A stretch of 61,756 nt of DNA from assembly GCA_003009755.1 (NCBI GenBank), contig PXUB01000004.1, positions 1 through 61,756 on the forward strand, in the 5' to 3' direction. This stretch comes from Thermoplasmatales archaeon SW_10_69_26. Its GTDB lineage: Archaea; Thermoplasmatota; SW-10-69-26. The notes beneath the pieces are model-generated. The model worked only from the letters and a program-made list of their open reading frames with translations, searched no databases and was not told the origin of the DNA. Below, in pieces: positions 47,839-56,600 of the stretch. The translations under genes and the position numbers were made by a program. The stretch's first letter is position 1. The number at the start of each line of letters is the position of its first letter.

Positions 47839-48741
47839 TCAGGCGGGTTCGCTGGCGACGGGCTGGGCGTCCTCGCCGTCCTCCTCGCCGTTCATGTACA
47901 CGGTGCGGATCGGGTAGGGGATGTCGTAGCCGTCCTCGTCGAGGGCCTCCTTGACGGCGCGCGCGACGTCGCCCTTGGTCGCCAGCATGGCACCCCGACC
48001 GGCGCGCTGGAGCCAGAAGCGGACGTTGAGGTTGACGCTGGAGCCGCCCAGGTCGGTCACGAAGACCTCGGGCGCGGGGTCGTCGAGGACCTCGTCGACG
48101 GTTCCCGCGGCTTCGAGGGCGGTGTCGATCGCGCCCTCGATGTCGTCGTCGTAGCCGATGCCGACGGCGACCTCGAGACGGCGCGTGGGGTGGTAGCTGT
48201 ACACCGTGATGTTGTTGGTGAGCACCTGCTGGTTGGGAGCCTCGACCTTGAGCCCGTCGAAGGTGCGGACCTTGGTGCAGCGGATGCTGATCTCCTCGAC
48301 GGTGCCCTCGACGCCGTTGACCTCGACGACGTCGCCGCGGGCGAACGGGTGCGTCGTGAGCAGGATCAGGCCCGAGATGAAGTTCGCGATCGTCGACTGC
48401 ATGGCGAAGGCGACGGCGAACCCGATGGCGCCGACGGCGACCATCAGCGCGCTGAGGCTCACGCCGGCGACGGAGAGGCCGGCGATGACGGCCACCAGCA
48501 GGACGGTGTACTGCACGATGCGGCCCCAGGAGTCGCCGGCGCGGTCGTCGCCGCTGGCTCGCGTGAAGGCCGTCTTCGCCCACTTGCGAGCGAGGGAGGA
48601 AGCCAAGACGCCTAAGGTGAACACGATCACCGCGAACAAGAGGTTCGGGAGGTGGGTGATCGCCTGATCCGACCAGCGGGAGAAGGCAGCCGTCACCTTT
48701 CGGCGCGACACCGGCAACCAGGACATGTTCGCCCGAGACAA
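47839..48741 (-). CDS. mscS: Small-conductance mechanosensitive channel
   Basis: GFAVAFAMQ..IANFISG, PF..GD.V and FDG..V..PN motifs; ends IPYP. Confidence 0.9.
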   Translation of the reverse strand: MSRANMSWLPVSRRKVTAAFSRWSDQAITHLPNLLFAVIVFTLGVLASSLARKWAKTAFTRASGDDRAGDSWGRIVQYTVLLVAVIAGLSVAGVSLSALMVAVGAIGFAVAFAMQSTIANFISGLILLTTHPFARGDVVEVNGVEGTVEEISIRCTKVRTFDGLKVEAPNQQVLTNNITVYSYHPTRRLEVAVGIGYDDDIEGAIDTALEAAGTVDEVLDDPAPEVFVTDLGGSSVNLNVRFWLQRAGRGAMLATKGDVARAVKEALDEDGYDIPYPIRTVYMNGEEDGEDAQPVASEPA

Positions 48742-48861
48742 CCTGGTCCGGTATGAAAACGCTTGGTCGGGGGAGCCGGGATGGGCGGATACGCGTCACG
48801 CGGTTGATCAGCAGATCCCGATCGAACCGGGGGACAGCGGTGGTCGCGAGACCCGCCCGCC

Positions 48862-49044
48862 TCAGGTCTCCTTGCCATCCTCGTCGAGCCACTTCATGAA
48901 CTCGAACGGGGTCGAGCAGGCCTCGCAGCGGTACTGGGCGTTGGCGACCACGGTCCCGAAGGCGGACACGAGCTCGGTGTCCTCGCTGCCGCAGTGCGGG
49001 CACTCCGGGTGCTCGGGCAGGTGGCCATCCTTGCGGGCGGGCAC
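48862..49044 (-). CDS. Stand-alone PaaD-type zinc ribbon protein
   Basis: CPHCGSEDT.LVS.FG.....QYRC.AC..PFEF.K. Confidence 0.75.
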   Translation of the reverse strand: MPARKDGHLPEHPECPHCGSEDTELVSAFGTVVANAQYRCEACSTPFEFMKWLDEDGKET

Positions 49045-49237
49045 GGGTCCAGGTACACACGCCACGGCATCAATGCCACGGTGGCTGGACCCCTCGGCTC
49101 CCGTTCCCTGGTCCTCCGCTTGCGAGCCTTCGGGGATCGGCCGCGGTGCTCTGCTCCGCTGCTCGGGTGTGCGCCTCTCCGCTCGCTCCGCCCGACAACG
49201 CTGTACCTTTTTCCCAGGGCAGGGTTTCGCGGCCTGC

Positions 49238-49789
49238 GTGCCGGAGGCGCTGCGCGACCTCGGCGAGATCCTGCCCGCGCTGGGCTTCGCCAGCGTCGGG
49301 GCTCTTGGGGCCGGCGCGCTGCTGGGCGCGATGACGCCTCACTTGCGGGCCGCGCCCGGCGTGCTCGTGATCGTGCCCGGCCTGATGGCGTTGCGCGGCA
49401 ACATCAACGGGGCGATGGGCGCCCGCCTGGGCTCGGCCGTGCACCTGGGCCTGCTCGAGCCGGAGGACCCGTTCGGTCCCGTCGCGCGGGCCAACGTCCT
49501 CGCCTCCTTGTGCCTGTCTCTGGCCGTCGGTGCCGCCGTCGGGGGCCTGGGCTGGCTTCTGTCGGTGATCGCGGGTCTGCCGGCGATCTCGCTCGTCCGG
49601 TTGACGCTGATCGGCGCCGTGACGGGGTTGCTCTCCGGGTTGGCGTTGGCCGTCGTGACGCTCGCGATCGTGGTGACCGCCACGCTGCGCGGCATCGACC
49701 CCGACAACGTGACGGGGCCGCTGCTCACCGTCGTCGGCGACGTCATCACGATGGGCATCCTGTTCGTGGTGCTGGGGGTGCTGGGGTGA
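49238..49789 (+). CDS. MgtE-type membrane domain protein (half 1)
   Basis: P.LM.LRGNI.G.MGARL.SA.HLG and GIDPDNV.GP....GD motifs. Confidence 0.88.
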   Translation: MPEALRDLGEILPALGFASVGALGAGALLGAMTPHLRAAPGVLVIVPGLMALRGNINGAMGARLGSAVHLGLLEPEDPFGPVARANVLASLCLSLAVGAAVGGLGWLLSVIAGLPAISLVRLTLIGAVTGLLSGLALAVVTLAIVVTATLRGIDPDNVTGPLLTVVGDVITMGILFVVLGVLG

Positions 49790-50346
49790 GCCAGCGCGCC
49801 GAGATGGGGGCGATCGTCCGCAACCAGGCGCCCGTGCTGGTGTTCACGGCGGCCGTCACGCTCGTCACGGGGCTCGTCCTCCGCTTCGAGGAGGGCGAGT
49901 TGTTCGCTCGGCCCTGGCTGCTGGCGCTGGTTCCCGTCGTCAACGCCCTCGGCGGGAACCTCGGCGCGGTGCTCGGGTCGCGGTTGACCAGCGCCCTGCA
50001 CCTGGGCCTGGTGGAACCGGCGATCCAGCGGGGCCCGTTGACCGACGACGTCGGGTTGATCGCGACCGCCAGCGCGATCGTGTACGGGACCCTGGCGCTC
50101 GCGCTCGGGGTCGCCGGACCCCACGTCGAGGCGCTGCCCGCCCTGGCGCTGCCCGACGCGTTCGCCGTCGTGCTCGGGTCGGGCCTGCTGTTGACGGCCG
50201 GCGTGATAGGTTTAAGCGTCGGCTCGGCGTTGCTCGCCTACCGGCGCGGGTTGGACCCCGACGACATCGTGATCCCGATCGTGACGAGCCTCACCGACCT
50301 TCTGGGCGTGTTCGCGCTGCTCGGCGTCGCCGAGGTGGTCCTGTGA
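49786..50346 (+). CDS. MgtE-type membrane domain protein (half 2)
   Basis: GGNLGAVLGSRLTSALHLG and GLDPDD.VIP.VT...D motifs; GTGA coupling. Confidence 0.88.
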   Translation: MSQRAEMGAIVRNQAPVLVFTAAVTLVTGLVLRFEEGELFARPWLLALVPVVNALGGNLGAVLGSRLTSALHLGLVEPAIQRGPLTDDVGLIATASAIVYGTLALALGVAGPHVEALPALALPDAFAVVLGSGLLLTAGVIGLSVGSALLAYRRGLDPDDIVIPIVTSLTDLLGVFALLGVAEVVL

Positions 50347-50972
50347 AACCCACGGAACAGGAGAAGTTCGAGGAGATCGAGTACGAACCGCAGAGCGTCC
50401 GGCAGATCCTCACCCGGATGAAGGACGTCGCCGAGCTCATCGTCGACCTAGCCTACAGCGCCGTCATCTTCGACGACGACGAGATCGCCGAGGAGGTGCG
50501 CTACCTCGAGGCGCACATGGACACGCTGAACTACAAGATCCGGCTCTCCTGCATGTTGGCGGCCCGCAGCGTCGACGACGCCGAGCGGTTGACCGGCATC
50601 CTGCAGGTCGCGGCCGCCGCCGAGCACATGAGCAACGCGGCCGGCGACATCGTGGACTTGCTCGACACCGTCGACACGCGGCCGTTTTTGCCCCGCATCC
50701 TGTCCGGCGGCGTCGAGAAGATCAAGCTGTTCCGCGTGCCGGAGGACTCCCACCTGGCCGAGGCCACCCTCGCCGAGAACGAGGTCGAGACGGCGACCGG
50801 GATGCGCGTGATCGCGATCCGCCGCGGCGAGCGCTGGTCCTTCGGCCCCGACGGCGACCAGCGCATCGAGACCGAAGACACGCTGCTGTTGCGCGGCACC
50901 GACGACGGGTTCGAGCACTTCAAACGCTTCTCGCGGACCGGCGAGACGAGGGATCGCCATGACGACACATGA
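50343..50972 (+). CDS. PhoU-like plus TrkA-C domain protein
   Basis: MKD.AEL.VDLAYSAV and TGMRVIAIRRG..W.FGP motifs. Confidence 0.88.
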   Translation: MKPTEQEKFEEIEYEPQSVRQILTRMKDVAELIVDLAYSAVIFDDDEIAEEVRYLEAHMDTLNYKIRLSCMLAARSVDDAERLTGILQVAAAAEHMSNAAGDIVDLLDTVDTRPFLPRILSGGVEKIKLFRVPEDSHLAEATLAENEVETATGMRVIAIRRGERWSFGPDGDQRIETEDTLLLRGTDDGFEHFKRFSRTGETRDRHDDT

Positions 50973-51543
50973 ACGCATCGAGCACCACGTGCTCGGCCTC
51001 AAGGACACCAGCGAGATGATGGTCGACCTGGCGCTGAGCAGCGTCATCTATTACAACGAGGAGCTGGCCGAGGAGGTCCGCCTGCTCGAGGATCACGCCG
51101 ACGAGCTGCAGAAACGCGTGCAGCGCGACGCCGTCGACGGCGCCGTGCAGAACCTGCTCAACCCCGACCAGGCGCTGGCCTTGGTGCAGCTCAGCGAGGC
51201 GGCCGAGACGATCGCCGACGCCGGCCGCGAGATCGCCGACGTCGTGCTGCGCGACGTCGAGCCGCATCCGGTGCTCGCGCAGAGCGTGGAGGACAGCGAC
51301 GTCGTGATCGCTCGCGTCGAGGTCGCCGCCGACGCCCCCCTCGAGGGACGGGCGCTGGGCGAGGAGCGCGTGCAATCCGAGACCGGCATGCACGTGTTCG
51401 CGATCCGTCGCGAGGATCGCTGGATCCCGGGCCCCGAGGCCTCGGATATCGTCGAGGACGGCGACGTTCTGTTGGCCAGCGGCCCCGAGAAGGGCCGAGG
51501 CAAGCTCCAGGCGCTTTGCCGCGGGGACGCGGCCGAGGATTGA
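50959..51543 (+). CDS. PhoU-like plus TrkA-C domain protein (paralog)
   Basis: LKDTSEMMVDLA.SS and ETGMHVFAIRR..WI.GP motifs. Confidence 0.88.
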   Translation: MTTHERIEHHVLGLKDTSEMMVDLALSSVIYYNEELAEEVRLLEDHADELQKRVQRDAVDGAVQNLLNPDQALALVQLSEAAETIADAGREIADVVLRDVEPHPVLAQSVEDSDVVIARVEVAADAPLEGRALGEERVQSETGMHVFAIRREDRWIPGPEASDIVEDGDVLLASGPEKGRGKLQALCRGDAAED

Positions 51544-51572
51544 GGACCCTCGAAGGCTCCTTTTCGGGGAAG

Positions 51573-51593
51573 GCCGGGGGACCGTCCCCCGGC
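51573..51593. terminator. GC-rich hairpin between convergent genes
   Basis: Perfect 9-bp stem GCCGGGGGA-CCG-TCCCCCGGC. Confidence 0.45.
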
Positions 51594-51618
51594 GCGAGGG
51601 GGGAGCCCCGATGGATCG

Positions 51619-52098
51619 CTACCACGTATACAGTCGCAAGTGGTACTCGTTGACGGCCGAGCGCAGCGGCATCAGCCGAAGCTCGCGGGCGTCCTCGCCG
51701 AGCTCACCGCGCAAGCCCCCGGACCCGCTGCCGCGCCAGCAGTCGAGGATGCGGCCGGTGTCGTCGAACGAGCAGACGAACCACGAAGCGAGGGGCGTGA
51801 CCACGCCGTTGGTCACCTCGAAGACGGTCCCGTTCTCGTAGCCCTCCATCGTGTCGGAGATGTCGACGTCGTGGAACGCCACATCTTCCAGCTCAGGGCA
51901 CGACCCCTGCCAGGCGCACTGCTTGGCCTGGTAGTAGGAGGGCCAGCCGGCCGGGATCACGTTGTCCTCGGTGACGGAGGCTGTCTCCAATGTCGACCAT
52001 GCGCTGACGCTCGCCGCCGTGGTCGTCGCGCCCGCGGTCAACGTTGCAACGAACAGGGCGACAACGACCGCCGTGAACCGGACTGGGCCTCGCCGCAT
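51619..52098 (-). CDS. Secreted hypothetical protein with four Cys
   Basis: MRR..hydrophobic signal peptide; CAWQGSC and CSFDDTGRILDC. Confidence 0.6.
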   Translation of the reverse strand: MRRGPVRFTAVVVALFVATLTAGATTTAASVSAWSTLETASVTEDNVIPAGWPSYYQAKQCAWQGSCPELEDVAFHDVDISDTMEGYENGTVFEVTNGVVTPLASWFVCSFDDTGRILDCWRGSGSGGLRGELGEDARELRLMPLRSAVNEYHLRLYTW

Positions 52099-52196
52099 CG
52101 CCCCCTCGTCCCTCGTCGTGGGGTACAAAAGCGTTCAGGCCACGGCCGACCCCGAACGTTGAAACGTCGGACCAGCGAGCGCGGGCGGGCGCTCGC

Positions 52197-53423
52197 TCAT
52201 TGAAGCAGCGTAGGGTCGACCTCTTCCTCGAGGAGCAGCTCCTCCCGGCCGGAGAAGTCCTTCTTCTGGCCGATGATCTTGCGGATGATGCCCGCCTGGG
52301 TGACGTCGCCGACGAACACGGCGCCGACCGGTCGGTCGCGGAAGAAGATCACGCGCCGGTAGTTGCCGTCATCGTAGACACGGTCGATCTTCTTGTCGCC
52401 GAGCACGCTGCCGACGCTCATGATGAAGAAGTCGAAGTGGTTGATCGAGTAGGTGTCGACCAGCTCGAACTCCTCGAGGTCCTCGTCCTCGTCCTTCGTC
52501 ATGTTGCGCCCAGCGACCGCGCCCTGCTCCTTGGCCGAGGCCCAGGAGCCGTTCTGGTTGACGCGGTCGAGCACCACGTCGTAGTACTGGGCGATGTCGC
52601 CCGCGGCGTAGATGTCCTCGACGCTGGTCCGCATGTACTCGTCGGTGAGGATCCCCTCGCCGATCTTCACGCGGGACCCACGCAGGAACTCGTGGTTGTA
52701 GTGCAGGCCGATGGCGACGCCGGCGGCGTCGCAGGGGTAGGTCTTGCCGGAGGAGCCCACGCACTCGGTGACGCGGCCTTCCTGCGTGTCGAACTGCTCG
52801 ACCTCCTCGTGGAAGATGCACTCGACGCCGAACTCGGCCAGGCCCTTCTCGACGACCTCGGAGCCTTCCTTGGAGATGCCTTGCCGCCACCAGCGGTTGC
52901 CGCGCATCAGGTAGCGCGTGTTGGCGCCGTGCTTGCCGAAGATGACCGCCTGGTCGATGCCGAGCAGGCCGGCCCCGATGACGACGGCGTCGTCGGCGTC
53001 CTTGGCGACCTTCTTGAGCCGGTCGGCGTCGTCGAGCGTCCAGAAGGTGTGGATGCCCTCGGCATCGCTGTTCGGGACGGGCAGCCGTCGGGGGGTCCCG
53101 CCGGAGGCGACGAGCAGCTTGTCGAACGAGTACCGGGAGCCGTCGTGGCAGACGACGCGACGCTCGGCGTCGCGGATCTCCGTGACGCGCGTGTTCGTGC
53201 GGAGGTCGATGTCGTGCTTCTCGTAGAACTCACGGTCGTGCATCATGAGGTCCTCGCGGTCCTTGTCGCCTTTCGCGAGGTCCTTCGTAGCTACCCGGTT
53301 GTACAGCGGGACGGGTTCGTCCGTGACGATGGTGATCTCGCCGGAGGGATCGTTCTCTCGGATTTCCTCGGCCGCGGTGGCGCCCGCGATGCCGTCACCG
53401 ATGATGACGTACTCCCGGCCCAT
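52197..53423 (-). CDS. NAD(P)/FAD-dependent oxidoreductase (ferredoxin/rubredoxin-reductase-like)
   Basis: YVIIGDGIAG, FDKLLVASG, VIGAGLLG, IYAAGD and W..AKEQG motifs. Confidence 0.9.
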   Translation of the reverse strand: MGREYVIIGDGIAGATAAEEIRENDPSGEITIVTDEPVPLYNRVATKDLAKGDKDREDLMMHDREFYEKHDIDLRTNTRVTEIRDAERRVVCHDGSRYSFDKLLVASGGTPRRLPVPNSDAEGIHTFWTLDDADRLKKVAKDADDAVVIGAGLLGIDQAVIFGKHGANTRYLMRGNRWWRQGISKEGSEVVEKGLAEFGVECIFHEEVEQFDTQEGRVTECVGSSGKTYPCDAAGVAIGLHYNHEFLRGSRVKIGEGILTDEYMRTSVEDIYAAGDIAQYYDVVLDRVNQNGSWASAKEQGAVAGRNMTKDEDEDLEEFELVDTYSINHFDFFIMSVGSVLGDKKIDRVYDDGNYRRVIFFRDRPVGAVFVGDVTQAGIIRKIIGQKKDFSGREELLLEEEVDPTLLQ

Positions 53424-53611
53424 TCGGCCGCGCGATGCAGGTTTCGACTTAAGGGTTTTCTCTGGGGAGCGATGGCGAGACCCGTGGGATCCAGCGCCAC
53501 GCGCAGAGGGCCAACCCCGGCACAGTACGGGCCCCGCGAGGGGGCCCTTGGACCCCGGACGCAAGGGACGGAGGCGAAGATGTAAAGGAAGGGGGCGGGG
53601 GAGGATGGAGC

Positions 53612-56600
53612 GTGCTCGGGCCTCGGTCGGCGCGCCCTCCCGGAGACGACAGCAGCTGTGCCAGGGGCGAGTCCGAGGCTCGTGGCGGTGACGAGGCGGT
53701 CGCCCAGGTGCTCGAGGCCGTCGTCATCGGGGTCGTGATCCTCGGCGCCACCTTCTTCGCCGTCTCGTTCCAGGCACCGCCCTCCCCCGATCAGAACCCG
53801 GGCACCGAGCAGACCCAGCAGACGACGTACGGGGCGCTGAACTCGCTGAACGACCTCTACATCGACGATGCCCGCTACAACCACAGCGCGTTGTCGCTGG
53901 CGCTGGCCGAGGCGGCTGCGGGGAACAAGACACCGCTGGTCGAGTCGATCGGGGCGTTCATGCCCGCCCAGGCCAAGTTCTGCGTCCACCTGAACAACGG
54001 GCACGACCGGATCGAGCTGCACTGTCCCAGCGACCCCGGCGGGTCGGCGGTCGGCGTCTCGTACCCGATCGAGCCGAACTGGCGGTTCCACTACGGCGAG
54101 ACCGACCTGCGATACGTGGACCAGGGCGGCGACGTGCAGCTGGGCGTCAAACAGATCCCGATCATGAACGCCCACACGGTCCACGACGAGGGCGAGTACG
54201 TGAACGTCTCGATCGGCGGCGAGCAGGCCTGGCGGCCCGGCACGGACGGCACCGAGCCCTCCTCCGAGCCGTTCTCGGCGTTCCGGGACAGCGCCTACGC
54301 GAGCCTCCTGCAAGGCGACGACGACGCCGATTACCCGTCCGCGTCGATCTACATGGAGTGCCTGCGGCCGAGCCTCAATGCCCACGAACCCTGCTACGCG
54401 TCGGACCTGGCGCGCAACATGTCGGGGTACCAGCCGTTCGCGAGCGGCTCCGATGGCGAGATCCTCCGCTTCACCGTCGACAACACCGGCCCGGGCACGG
54501 TCCCGGCGAACACGGTCCTCGAGATCGACTTCCCCGTCGGGCTCGATCTCAACCGGCCGCTGGAGAACACCTCCGGGTTCGCGAACGTGACGATCGACGG
54601 CGAGGATTCCTCGAGCCCGGAGACGGTGCGGGCCGAGATCGACAGCGAGCTCGGCACCGGGAACGTCAGCATGGACATCGAGGTCAACGTGACCGACACC
54701 CGGTACGCCTACAAGCACGTGGACGCGCGCCTGTCCGACGGGGCGGTCTCCCACAGCCAACTGCTGTTGCGCGTGCAGAACAAGACGGCCGGTGAATGGA
54801 CCGGCGGGGACGATCGGCGTGTCATGATCTCGACGCCGAAACCGGCGGGATCGGCCGACGCGGGCTCGCCGACCGGACGATGGGGCGTCGTGATGCCGAT
54901 CCCCTACGCGCGGACGTCGCTCGACGACGTGCAGTTCTCGGTGACGGATGGCGACGAGCTGCTGGACGCCACGTCCTGGCCGGACGACTTCAACCCGCCT
55001 CCGGCGACCGGTACGGGCGAGAGCCGGTCGGTGCTCGACGGCACGATCCACGACGCGGCCTCGGACGAGTTCTCCTGGTCGATCTCGCCGAACCTCGACT
55101 ACCGCGGGTACACGTTCGCCGAGTTCCAGTTCGAGGTGACCAGCGACGGGACCCAGACGCGCGCCTCCGAGCGGTTCCCCACCGCCCAGCCGGAGGCCAC
55201 GTTCGACAGCTTCGACCCGCCGCCGGCGTCGATCCAGACGAAGCCGGGTATCTGGTGGCGGGCCCATCCGCCGGCCGACGGCGGCGGAGGCTGCGGTGCC
55301 GGCGGATCGGGCTGCCCGGGGTACGCCAACGAAGCGAACCTCAGCGCCTCGGACACGACGGAGACCCGGGCGTTCGCGACGGCGCTCGACTGGCGAAACG
55401 TCCCGCTCGAGGGCGAGGCCAACTACACGCTGGCGGACCTCAAGGACACGGACCGCCAGGGGGTCCGGGACGCGCTGCGCGCCACGGGTGTCTCGAGCAA
55501 CCCCGACCGCTTGGCACCCGGCGACACGACGAACATCCACATCAACACGAAGGACCTGGCGCACTACGTCGCGGACACGACCAGCCTCAGCGACATGAAG
55601 CTGGAGTCCAAGATCTACGCCCCGTGGGGCATCCCGAACCGGACCCCCGTGGAGACGATCGACCACGGCCGCGTGGCTGGCGGCGTCGAGGCCCCCAACG
55701 ACATCCTGCCGCTCTACCTCGACGGCGACAACGTCGAGGACTTCTTGACCGCGTCGACGGACGGGAACGTGTACGGCGTGCACGCGGACTCCGGGGAAGC
55801 GATCGCCAGCTACGTGTTCGGCCTGCCCGAGGGCAGCGGGGCCGGCCAGGCGACCCCGACCGTGCTCTCCCACGGGACCGAGAGCGGCGGCGACGACGTC
55901 ATCGCCGTCGGGACCAGCTCCGACGTCGATCAGTTCTACACGATCGACGGCGACCTCGAGCAGCGGTGGAAGGCGACCAAGCCCGGCGAGAACCGCGAGA
56001 CGCGCTCCATCCACGTCGGGGACGACGTCACCGGCGACGGCCATCCCGAGGTCCTCCTGGCGACGAACGCGAAGAACGTCTCCGAACCGACCGCCCACGA
56101 GCAGGCCCGGTTGACGCTGTGGGAGGGCCAGGACCTCGACGGCGACGGCAACGGCGACCTCCTCGACGGCTGGGGCTGGGACTACGACAACCGCGACTTC
56201 GGCGTCGTCGTCAACGGCGAACCCTCCGAGATGGGGATGGCGAAGATGGGCGTCGACGGCCAGAAGGGCGTCTGGACCGACACGGGGCCCAACGCCGGGA
56301 CGAACGTGATGTACGTGAAGAACCAGACCGAGGAAGCGGTCAAGGACGGCGACGTCGCCGGCGCCGCCACGCAATTCCAGAACACCACGATCACGGAGGA
56401 GGGATCGGGGTTCTACGGGTTCTCCGAGAACGGCAACGAGCTGTTGAACCTCTCCGGGGTCCGCGTCGTCCGCGCGGAGACGGTCGAGGAGATCACCGAC
56501 GGATCCAAGCACTCCGGGATCGCGATCGGGGGCGCCAACGGGTGGACTTGGGGCCTCAACGCCTCGGGCACCTCGTACCCCGTGACCGGGGAAGAGGTGG

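Noticed and set aside
49238-51543. Split MgtE pair plus two PhoU/TrkA-C genes as a novel system
   Set aside because: This arrangement is common in euryarchaea
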